From the NCBI GenBank assembly GCA_035512435.1, contig DATKDX010000057.1, forward strand, positions 46,829 to 110,828: DNA of 64,000 nt, written 5' to 3'. The DNA is from Dehalococcoidia bacterium. Its GTDB lineage: Bacteria; Chloroflexota; Dehalococcoidia; SM23-28-2; RBG-16-64-32. Every line of letters starts with the position of its first letter. Position 1 is the first letter of the stretch. Positions 9,015 through 17,064 of the stretch are shown here, piece after piece. A program made the translations under genes and the position numbers. The notes beneath the pieces were generated by a model. It searched no databases. It saw only the letters and a list, made by a program, of their open reading frames with translations, and had not been told where the DNA came from.

Positions 9015-9910
9015 CAACCGGCAAACTGATCCGCGCCGCCGGTGGTGTGCTGTGGCGGGCGGTGGCCGGAAGCAACGGAAACTCAGTGGAAGTCGCCATC
9101 ATTCACCGCCCGCGGTACGACGACTGGAGCATCCCAAAGGGCAAGCTGAACGCCGGCGAAATAGAGATCGAAGGGGCTGTACGCGAAGTCACCGAGGAGA
9201 CCGGATTCCGCGCCACCATCGTCAGCCCGCTGGGTGAAGTGACGTACATCAAGGAGGACCGGCCCAAGGTCGTGCGCTACTGGGCTATGCGCGCAAAAGG
9301 CGGAGTATTTACCCCGGGCCGTGAAGTGGACGAACTCCGCTGGCTCCCCATCGATGAGGCAATCAGCCTCGTGACCATGGACCGCGACCGCGACCTGCTG
9401 CGCCGCTTCCTGGCCGCGCCACCCGCTCTCCGCACGGTGCTCCTCGTCCGCCACGGCTCTGCCGGCTCACGCTCCTACTGGGAAGAGCCAGACGCCAACC
9501 GACCGCTCGACGACAAGGGCCGGGACCAGGCCGACGCACTGATCTGGCTGCTCACGCGGTGGGACGTGCGCGAGATTTTTTGCGCGCCCGTTGAACGCTG
9601 TGTCCAGACGGTGGAACCGCTCGCCTCCGCCGTAGGCCTCGCTATCCAGGAGCAGCCGCTGCTGGCGGAAGAGATCTTCCCTGGCAAGCGCGCCGAGGCG
9701 ATCAAGTGGGTCCGCCAGGCCGCGCATGAAGATACCGCTTCCGTGCTCTGTAGCCAGGGCGGGGTTATCCCGGAAATCCTGACACGACTAGCATCGGAGG
9801 ATGGCGTAGAGCTGCCGCAGCCCCGCCCATGCAAGAAAGGGAGCATGTGGTCGGTAACGCTGGCGGCGGATCGGGTGTATGCTGCTGAGTACTTCGCGCC
9901 ACTGGCGTAG
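8999..9910 (+). CDS. NUDIX hydrolase fused to SixA-type histidine phosphatase (MutT1-like)
   Basis: Nudix box GKLNAGEIEIEGAVREVTEETGF; C-terminal LLVRHGSAGSR... histidine phosphatase motif; ppk1-adjacent as for mycobacterial mutT1. Confidence 0.8.
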   Translation: MAQEVATGKLIRAAGGVLWRAVAGSNGNSVEVAIIHRPRYDDWSIPKGKLNAGEIEIEGAVREVTEETGFRATIVSPLGEVTYIKEDRPKVVRYWAMRAKGGVFTPGREVDELRWLPIDEAISLVTMDRDRDLLRRFLAAPPALRTVLLVRHGSAGSRSYWEEPDANRPLDDKGRDQADALIWLLTRWDVREIFCAPVERCVQTVEPLASAVGLAIQEQPLLAEEIFPGKRAEAIKWVRQAAHEDTASVLCSQGGVIPEILTRLASEDGVELPQPRPCKKGSMWSVTLAADRVYAAEYFAPLA

Positions 9911-10015
9911 CTCGGAGAGTGCGGCCCAGAGCTGCGTGCTCTTGAACGCAGGCCAATGAGGGTCCCAGAGATCCGGATCAGCGCCCGCAACGACGCGCCT
10001 GTTACGCCTGACGCC

Positions 10016-10840
10016 TCAGCCACTGCGCTTCTTGAACATACGTCCCGAAATCTTGCGCACGGCGAAGCGCGGGAAGACGCGGTTCATATTCGTCGTCATC
10101 TTGTTGAGGACGCCCGGCGTGGCGATCGCGCTGCCGCGCTTAGTCGCCTTCAGGGCGTGGCGGACCACCGCCTCGGACGACATGAAGGCGAACTCGGGGA
10201 TGCTGCGTTCGTTGAGGCCGGCCACTTCCTGGAACTCCGTCCGTGTGCCGCCGGGGCAGAGGCAGGTTACCGTCACGCCGTAACGCTTCACTTCTTCGTG
10301 CAGTCCCTCGCTGAAGCTGAGTACGTAAGCCTTCGTGGCAGCGTAAGTCGACATGTAGGGCACCGGCTGGTAAGCGCCGGTGGAAGCGACGTTGATGATC
10401 GCCCCCTTCTCCTTCTCCTTCATAGACTGGAGAGCGACATGTGAAAGCTGCGTCAGAGCGCGGATGTTGAGGTCGATTTCCTCCAGTTCGCGCTCAAGCG
10501 GCATCGCGGCGAACTCGCCGTTGGTGCCGAAGCCGGCGTTGTTCACGAGCAGTCCAACGTCGCCCCTCTGCAGCCGCTCGACTACTTGCGCCACGCCTTC
10601 CGGCCGGCATAGGTCCGCCTCGATAATTTCCGCCTGCCGCCCACTTTCGGCGATCTCCTGCGCCAGTTTCTCGAGCCGGTCACGGCGACGGGCGACGATG
10701 ACGACATCGTAGCCCTGCTTCGACAGTTGCCGCGCGAACTCCTCGCCGATGCCGGAAGAAGCGCCGGTTATCAGAGCCAGCCTGCGGGTGGGCTGCGGCT
10801 GTGCCTGCGTTTCGGTCTTCTCCTGGGTGTCGGTGACCAT
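10016..10840 (-). CDS. SDR family oxidoreductase
   Basis: TGASSGIG Rossmann motif, YxxxK region. Confidence 0.8.
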   Translation of the reverse strand: MVTDTQEKTETQAQPQPTRRLALITGASSGIGEEFARQLSKQGYDVVIVARRRDRLEKLAQEIAESGRQAEIIEADLCRPEGVAQVVERLQRGDVGLLVNNAGFGTNGEFAAMPLERELEEIDLNIRALTQLSHVALQSMKEKEKGAIINVASTGAYQPVPYMSTYAATKAYVLSFSEGLHEEVKRYGVTVTCLCPGGTRTEFQEVAGLNERSIPEFAFMSSEAVVRHALKATKRGSAIATPGVLNKMTTNMNRVFPRFAVRKISGRMFKKRSG

Positions 10841-10858
10841 TGCCCTCTCCTTCTTCCC

Positions 10859-12217
10859 TTAGCCGAGGACCTCGAGCACCTCGTTGGCGACGCGCTCGCC
10901 GGAGCGTACGGCGCCATCCATGTATCCGCAATTGATCTCGGCAGTTTCGGTGCCGGCCCAGTGGATGCGACCGACGGGTTCCCGCAGAGCGGTGCCGCAG
11001 GAGACCAGAGTGCCGGCGGGCAACACTGCTCCGTAGCAGCCGCGGCTCCACTGCTCGGCGGGCCAGTTGCCTTCGATGAAGTCGATGGGATTGGCGGCTC
11101 GTTCGCCGAAGTAGCGGACAAAGCACTCGAGCGCCAGCTTGCGGCGCTCCGCGGGTTCGAAGCCGGAGAGACGGCGTCCGTCGCCGCCTTCGATGAAGCC
11201 CATGAGGAGGCCAGGCTTCCCTTCTGGCGGGCTGTTGTCGAAGATGACCTTGATGGGGCCGGTGTCGCTGACGACGCGGCCGGAGAGGCCCTCGTCGCGC
11301 CACCACGGTGTGTCGTAGACGGCGTGGACCTTGATCACGCTCCCCATCGGCGCGCGAGTCGTCAACTGGTCGCGGAGGGGTGGCATGATCGGATCGTAGT
11401 CGATGCGGCCGGCCAGCGCGGGCGGGGCGGTGACGACGCAGACCTTGCCCGTGACGGAGAAGTCGTCGCCGAGAGCTGTGATGCTGCCGTTGTCCTGGCG
11501 GATGGAGCGTACAGGGCAGGATAGCCAGACTTCGTCGAGCGTTGCCGCGGCCTTCTGGACGACCGTCTGAGCGCCGCCGTTAAAGCGATCCGCCTGGGCG
11601 CCGCCCTCGGTGGAGACCAGATAGAAGAAGCCCTGTCCCGACTTAGCGTAGAAGAGCGCGTGGAGGAGCGAGACATCGTGCGGTTCAGCGGCGAAGACTG
11701 CTTCGATCGCCGTCTGGAAGCCGTCGCGGGCGCGGGGGGTGTCGAGATTCTGATCGATCCACGTCTGCACGCTCATGCCATCCAGCGCACGGGCGTCGGG
11801 GGCGTTCCATGGGGTGTCCAGTGGGACCGTCTGCGCCAGCTGGTCAAAGGCGATGATCGCTTGCACCACTTTGCCCATGGTTTCGGGATCGTCGGTGGAG
11901 AACTCGCCGCTGTAGCGGCGAAGACCGAGGCCTTCCGTGTACTGAAGATGCTCGCCCTCCGGCCAGGTAGGAAAGGATTCGACGCCCACCTCATCGCCGA
12001 GGGCGCGGACGCGGTCCTGCCCTGGCCCGGTCCACTGGCCGCCGACGTCTAGCCAGTAACCGTCCTTCTGTTGCGTCCAGACGCGGCCGCCGACGCGGTC
12101 TCGCGCTTCGAGAACGACGACGCTCACGCCGCGGCGGGTCAGGTCACGGGCGGCGGTGACGCCAGCAAAGCCGGCGCCGACGACGATGACATCAGTGGAA
12201 GCTGTCCTGGTGGCCAC
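10859..12217 (-). CDS. flavin-containing amine oxidase (putrescine/monoamine oxidase-like)
   Basis: N-terminal VIVVGAGFAGVTAARDL dinucleotide fold, amine oxidase fold length 452 aa. Confidence 0.75.
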   Translation of the reverse strand: MATRTASTDVIVVGAGFAGVTAARDLTRRGVSVVVLEARDRVGGRVWTQQKDGYWLDVGGQWTGPGQDRVRALGDEVGVESFPTWPEGEHLQYTEGLGLRRYSGEFSTDDPETMGKVVQAIIAFDQLAQTVPLDTPWNAPDARALDGMSVQTWIDQNLDTPRARDGFQTAIEAVFAAEPHDVSLLHALFYAKSGQGFFYLVSTEGGAQADRFNGGAQTVVQKAAATLDEVWLSCPVRSIRQDNGSITALGDDFSVTGKVCVVTAPPALAGRIDYDPIMPPLRDQLTTRAPMGSVIKVHAVYDTPWWRDEGLSGRVVSDTGPIKVIFDNSPPEGKPGLLMGFIEGGDGRRLSGFEPAERRKLALECFVRYFGERAANPIDFIEGNWPAEQWSRGCYGAVLPAGTLVSCGTALREPVGRIHWAGTETAEINCGYMDGAVRSGERVANEVLEVLG

Positions 12218-12309
12218 GGGAACTCCTTTCGCCGCGTGGGGCGGCGTTGGTCAGTATAAGGCTTCGCCCAAACAGGCAAACAGGCAAGCAAACGAACAGG
12301 CAAGCGAGA

Positions 12310-13494
12310 CTAAGCGTTGCCGAGCATGCGGGCGCGTGCGGCATCGTCGGCGGGGGCGAGGCGCGGGCCTGCCATCATCGTGTCAGGAATGACACCCTCC
12401 TCCGCAAAGAGCCGGGGCAGCACTTTGGCGCGGACAGCATTCGCCTCTTCGCCCGGATCCATCATGAGTTCGGTGAGCCAGGACTCCGCGCGGCGGATAT
12501 GCCCGAACATCTCGTTGGCGTAAGCGGCGTAGGCGTTGCCAGCAGCTGTCCAGTCGTCATCAGAGAGCAGTGCGTCTCGCAAGAGCCGCGCGTGCGAGAG
12601 CGCGATCGAGACGCCCTGGCCCCACGTCTGGTCACTGGTAGCCGCGGCATCGCCGATGAGCGCAACGCCGTCTTTGTAGGGGTGGGGGACCCAGGAGTCG
12701 TAGCCATCGAATGTAGCGAGCGGTCCGGCCTGCGTGGCGCCTTCGTAGGAGGCGGCGGAGATGCCGGTGCGGACCGACTCGTCGACGAATCGGGCGAAGT
12801 GGGCATCACCAGTCAGCTTTGTGCCGGTCGCCGTGCGGGCGCCGAAGTAGGCGCGTGCGCGGCCACTGCCCTGAGGGGAGAGGAGGGAGATCTGGCCGAG
12901 CGCGAAATTGAAGGCAATGATGCTGACATCTGGATCGATGGTCATGCCGTCCACGAGGACGCCGGCAAGCCACTGCTGAGGCTCGTCTTCTTCAGCCTCA
13001 AAATCGGCCCAGCTTCGAACACTGGAATTGCGTCCGTCGGTCCCGACCACCAGTCTGGCGGAGGCGGTCTCGCCATCCACCGCAACGGATGGTGTTTCGC
13101 CGGGGGAGACTCCGGTCACACGTGCGCCGCGCCGTACCTCGGCGCCAGCTGCGGCCGCTGCAACCAGGACCGCTTCCTGCATGGCAGGGTGATAGATGTT
13201 GACGGCAGCTTCTCCGATGTCCTCGATTAGGTTACGTGGTGGCAGCGGGGCGGGGCCAGCCTGGACCTGCAGGAAGCGCGCCTCCCGTCCGCCCGCAGCC
13301 ATGATCGCGTCGTAGACTCCGAGTTCCCTCGCCTCCATGACGCCCCACGGGCAGATGAATTCGCCACGAACGCGGTCTTTGAATTCGGTGGAGCTTTCGA
13401 GAACGAGGACGCGGCAGCCGCGCGCTGCCATGGCCCTGGCCAGTGAAGCGCCAGCGATGCCGCCGCCCACAGTGATGATGTCGTAGTCAGGCAC
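12310..13494 (-). CDS. FAD-dependent monooxygenase / oxidoreductase
   Basis: YDIITVGGGIAGASLARAMAARGCRVLVLE FAD-binding GxGxxG motif. Confidence 0.7.
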   Translation of the reverse strand: MPDYDIITVGGGIAGASLARAMAARGCRVLVLESSTEFKDRVRGEFICPWGVMEARELGVYDAIMAAGGREARFLQVQAGPAPLPPRNLIEDIGEAAVNIYHPAMQEAVLVAAAAAGAEVRRGARVTGVSPGETPSVAVDGETASARLVVGTDGRNSSVRSWADFEAEEDEPQQWLAGVLVDGMTIDPDVSIIAFNFALGQISLLSPQGSGRARAYFGARTATGTKLTGDAHFARFVDESVRTGISAASYEGATQAGPLATFDGYDSWVPHPYKDGVALIGDAAATSDQTWGQGVSIALSHARLLRDALLSDDDWTAAGNAYAAYANEMFGHIRRAESWLTELMMDPGEEANAVRAKVLPRLFAEEGVIPDTMMAGPRLAPADDAARARMLGNA

Positions 13495-13607
13495 AAGAAC
13501 CTCCGGAGATTGAACTGCCTAAGTATAGGCAGACGGCCCGGACCCAACAACTGACTAAGTGACGAACTATTTTGACGGCGCGAAGCCTTCGGGACGGGAC
13601 CGAAGGT

Positions 13608-14969
13608 CTATGCCGGGTCTTCGCGCCAGCTGACTTCGTAGACGCGGACGGGGTCTTCGAAGCCGCGGAGGGCGCGCTCCCCGCGATCGGCGAAGAGGAA
13701 GCCGCGGCCGGCGACGAGTTCGCGGACGACGTTGGAGGCGAGGATCTCGCCACCCTTGGCCTGAGCGGCGATGCGGGCGGCGAGGATGACGGAAGTGCCG
13801 AAGAGGTCCTCCTCCTCGGCGATGGGTTCGCCGGCGTTGAGGCCGATGCGAACGTTGATTGGCGTGTCGGAATCGAGATGGGAGAAGGCGCGCTGGATGG
13901 CGATGGCGCACTGCAGGGCGCGTGCGGCCGAGCCGAACGACGCCATGAATCCGTCGCCCATGGTCTTGACCTCGGAGCCGCTGTGCTCGGCGAGGGCTTC
14001 GCGGGTAATGCGCTCGTGTTCGCGCATGACTTCTCGGGACTTCATGTCGCCAAGGCGCTGGGTCATGGCGGTGGAGCCTTCGACGTCGGTGAAGAGGATC
14101 GTGACGAGCTGGCCGGTGTCCATCGGAGCCGGCGTGCTGACGTCGGCGGCGACGGGGCCGAGCAGGCGGTCCACTGCTGCGTTCATGACGGCCACGTCAT
14201 TACCGGGGCGGCCCCATGTGTTGTCGAGCACGACGAGCTCTGCGTTGGGCAGGCGGGACGCGAGGGAGCGGCTGGTCTCGAAGTCCGGGATCGCCATGGT
14301 GCGGTGGCTGAAGACCACGGTGGGCTGGGAGACCTGGGGCAGCAGGTCACCGACGTCTGTCTGCAGGATGTACTCCTGGAAAAATCGCAGGACATATTCC
14401 TGGGTCGTCGACTCATGCAGGAAGATCATGTATTCGCGCGAAGCTTCGCTATCCCATTCGTTCATGAAGTGGGCGAGGGTGCTGCAGAAGAGGTTGTAGT
14501 CATTCTCCATCATGGAGAGGAAAGCCTTGGTCTGCGGGATCTCGGCGAACGCGGCGCCGCTAGGATAGCAATCCGTCAGCATGAGATGGGACACGCGTTC
14601 CGGCTGCGTGGCGGCAAGCTTGATGGCCACGAGGCCGTCGGACGTGGTTCCACTGAGGGCGAATTGGTCGAAACCGAGCTTATCGGCGACGGCCTCAATG
14701 TCGAGGATGAACGCGTCGGCCGTTAGCTCGCCCACGTTGCGCGATGAGAGGCCGCAGCCGCGGCAGTCGAGAGTGACAAAGCGCCGCTTGCCCCAGACGT
14801 TTTCGTACCAGTACGCGTAGAACCGGCCCAGGCGCCACTCCGCCTGCACATGGGTGAAGGGAGTGCCGCGCAAATAGATGATGGGCAGCCCGGGACCATC
14901 GCTATCGGCAAAGGCGATGCTGGCGCCGTCCGAGGTGGTCGCGTACTGGATACGCGGTTCGCTGACCAT
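13608..14969 (-). CDS. alpha/beta-hydrolase domain fused to class III adenylyl/guanylyl cyclase domain (LipJ-like), paralog 1
   Basis: N-terminal MVSEPRIQYATTSDG... alpha/beta fold; C-terminal cyclase motifs ILFTDVEGSTAM, KTMGDGFMA, RIGLNAGEP. Confidence 0.8.
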   Translation of the reverse strand: MVSEPRIQYATTSDGASIAFADSDGPGLPIIYLRGTPFTHVQAEWRLGRFYAYWYENVWGKRRFVTLDCRGCGLSSRNVGELTADAFILDIEAVADKLGFDQFALSGTTSDGLVAIKLAATQPERVSHLMLTDCYPSGAAFAEIPQTKAFLSMMENDYNLFCSTLAHFMNEWDSEASREYMIFLHESTTQEYVLRFFQEYILQTDVGDLLPQVSQPTVVFSHRTMAIPDFETSRSLASRLPNAELVVLDNTWGRPGNDVAVMNAAVDRLLGPVAADVSTPAPMDTGQLVTILFTDVEGSTAMTQRLGDMKSREVMREHERITREALAEHSGSEVKTMGDGFMASFGSAARALQCAIAIQRAFSHLDSDTPINVRIGLNAGEPIAEEEDLFGTSVILAARIAAQAKGGEILASNVVRELVAGRGFLFADRGERALRGFEDPVRVYEVSWREDPA

Positions 14970-15016
14970 ACGACGTCAATTCTACGCCAGCGCTCGACTG
15001 GCTTATACTCACGACC

Positions 15017-15973
15017 GTGCGATACGTCATCTACGGCGCAGGCGCGATTGGCGGGACGATAGGCGGAAGGCTTTTCGCGCACGGACGGGATGTGGCCTTC
15101 ATCGCGCGCGGCGCCCACCTGGAAGCGATGCGTTCGAGCGGTCTCACGCTGCACACGCCCGCCGAAGCGCAAACTCTGAGGGTACCGGTTGCCGGTAGCC
15201 CCACTGAACTCGACTGGCGCGATGGAGACGTAGCTCTGCTGGCGATGAAGTCGCAGGACACGCAAGCAGCGTTGGAAGCGCTGCGCGACGCCGCCGGCGA
15301 CGTCCCCGTCATCTGCGCGCAGAACGGCGTGGCCAACGAGCGCATGGCGCTGCGGCTCTTCTCCCGCGTCTACGGCATGGTGGTCTGGATGCCGGCCACT
15401 CACCTGACGCCGGGCGAGGTCGTCGCGCACTCCGGGAAGGTGACCGGGTGCCTTGACGCCGGAGTCTATCCGCAGGGCACCGACGACCTTATCGAGTCTG
15501 TGGCCGCCGACCTGCGAGACAGTACCTTCAAGTGCGATGCGAACCAGCGTGTGATGCGGCTGAAGTACGCCAAGCTGCTCTCCAACCTGCTGAACATCGT
15601 GCAGGCGCTGTGCGAAGGCGGCGCCGCCGGTGACCTGGTCCGGCAGGTGCGCGACGAGGCGAATGCCGTATACGAAGCGGCGGGCATCGATTCGGCGACG
15701 CCGGAGGAGCTGGCTGATCGCACGTCGGGCATCGCCATCGACGCAGTGCCGGGTTTTGAAGGGCGGCCGGGGGGCAGCACATGGCAGAGCTTGACGCGTG
15801 GGGGTTCGCTGGAGACGGACTACCTGAACGGTGAAATCGCCCTGCTTGGTGCACTCCAGGGCGTTCCGACGCCATACAACCGGATGTTGCAGCAGGTGGC
15901 GGCGGAGGCACAGCGAGAAGGCCGGGGACCCGGATCGTACACGCCGGAGTCGTTGCTGGCGCTTATCCCCTGA
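15017..15973 (+). CDS. 2-dehydropantoate 2-reductase family (ApbA/PanE-like) oxidoreductase
   Basis: GTG start; N-terminal YVIYGAGAIGG Rossmann motif, ketopantoate reductase-like length and C-domain. Confidence 0.7.
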   Translation: MRYVIYGAGAIGGTIGGRLFAHGRDVAFIARGAHLEAMRSSGLTLHTPAEAQTLRVPVAGSPTELDWRDGDVALLAMKSQDTQAALEALRDAAGDVPVICAQNGVANERMALRLFSRVYGMVVWMPATHLTPGEVVAHSGKVTGCLDAGVYPQGTDDLIESVAADLRDSTFKCDANQRVMRLKYAKLLSNLLNIVQALCEGGAAGDLVRQVRDEANAVYEAAGIDSATPEELADRTSGIAIDAVPGFEGRPGGSTWQSLTRGGSLETDYLNGEIALLGALQGVPTPYNRMLQQVAAEAQREGRGPGSYTPESLLALIP

Positions 15974-15978
15974 TCGGA

Positions 15979-16377
15979 CTATGCTCCGGAACCGATAATT
16001 GCCTCGGCCTCGATCTCTACAAGCATCTCAGCATCGATCAGCTCCGCCACGCCCACCATCGTCGCCGCGGGCCGGATTTCGCCAAATAGCTCGCCGTGCG
16101 CGCGAGCCACTTCATCGGCTCTCGAGACGTCCGTCACGTACATGCGAGTGCGCACGACGTCCGCCATGGACGCTCAGGCCTGCGCCAGTGCCTTTTCGAT
16201 GTTTCGCAGGACTTGCCTAGTCTGTCCATACATATCGCCAGCCGCGGCCAGCTTGCCGTCGTCACCCCAAGCCACGGTGCCGGACACGCAGACGCGGTCG
16301 CCAACGCGAACGGCGCGCGAGAAGCCGAAGACGGGTTCGTATGGTGACCCGGATGAGATTCGCTGGCGGTCAGGCAT
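15979..16377 (-). pseudogene. RidA/YjgF family protein interrupted by in-frame TGA at 16174-16176
   Basis: Two ORFs 16174..16548 and 15979..16167 are in the same frame and together give a full RidA (…LRNIEKALAQA*ASMADVVRTRMYVTD…); the stop aligns with the conserved Gly of the RidA helix-turn (GGA to TGA). Confidence 0.6.
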
Positions 16378-16441
16378 TGGTGACAATCCTCCTTGGGTGG
16401 TGGGGTTCGGATTGTAACGCAGGGATGACGATAGGTGGACG

Positions 16442-16945
16442 CTATCCTGCCGCCGCGCTCGCATCCGCCGCGGCGGTCTCCGCCTCGCGGCGGATGCGCG
16501 CGTTTTCTTCAGCCATGATGGCATTGCTCCTGCGCAAGTAGTCGACAATCAGCTCGATTTGCTCGGGCTCGTACCTTCGCCAAAGCTCGCTCATACGCAT
16601 GCCGATGGGCGCGAAGTAGCGGAAAACGCCGGGGCCTTTTTCAGCAACAGGTTCGATGATGACGCGCCGCCTGTCGTTTGGATCGCGGGTGCGGCGGACG
16701 TAGCCCGCACCTTCCAGGCGATCGATAAGGCGGGTTGTGGCGCCGCTGGAGAGACCGGTAAGTTCGGAAAGGCGGCCGGCGGTCATGGGCCCGAACAGGT
16801 TGAGGAAATCAAGCGACTCCATGTCGGTGTGCCCGATGCCAAGCTGCTCTGCAACGGCCTGGCCATAGAGGGCGCTGAATGTAGTCATCAGGCGCGTCTC
16901 CCTGTTGAGTTCATCCAGCATTTCTCTACCTGTGACTTTGCTCAC
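16442..16945 (-). CDS. MarR family transcriptional regulator
   Basis: winged-helix MarR core (LSELTGLSSGATTRLIDRLEGAGYVRRTRDPNDRR); divergent from MMPL gene. Confidence 0.8.
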   Translation of the reverse strand: MSKVTGREMLDELNRETRLMTTFSALYGQAVAEQLGIGHTDMESLDFLNLFGPMTAGRLSELTGLSSGATTRLIDRLEGAGYVRRTRDPNDRRRVIIEPVAEKGPGVFRYFAPIGMRMSELWRRYEPEQIELIVDYLRRSNAIMAEENARIRREAETAAADASAAAG

Positions 16946-16975
16946 TTGACACTGCCTCTTCTGCCTAATTACTCT

Positions 16976-17004
16976 GCATGGCGCAGATAATGCACGGCGC
17001 AGAT
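16976..17004. promoter_or_regulatory. tandem 14-nt direct repeats (tgcatggcgcagat / tgcacggcgcagat) in marR-mmpL divergent intergenic region; candidate operator
   Basis: seen directly in sequence, 1 mismatch, 2-nt spacer. Confidence 0.3.
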
Positions 17005-17064
17005 GCCTAAATTAGATTGTAGCGTATTGGCGGAAAATGCCAAGCACGTTTAGATGGGAGATAG

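Noticed and set aside
16174-16176. Alternative genetic code or selenocysteine explanation for the in-frame TGAs (also 49511-49513)
   Set aside because: The two sites align to different amino acids (Gly and Trp). TGA is used as a genuine stop by many genes here, including the cyclase array with TGATG junctions. No SECIS-like hairpin follows either site. Low-GC code-25 lineages do not match this high-GC sequence.
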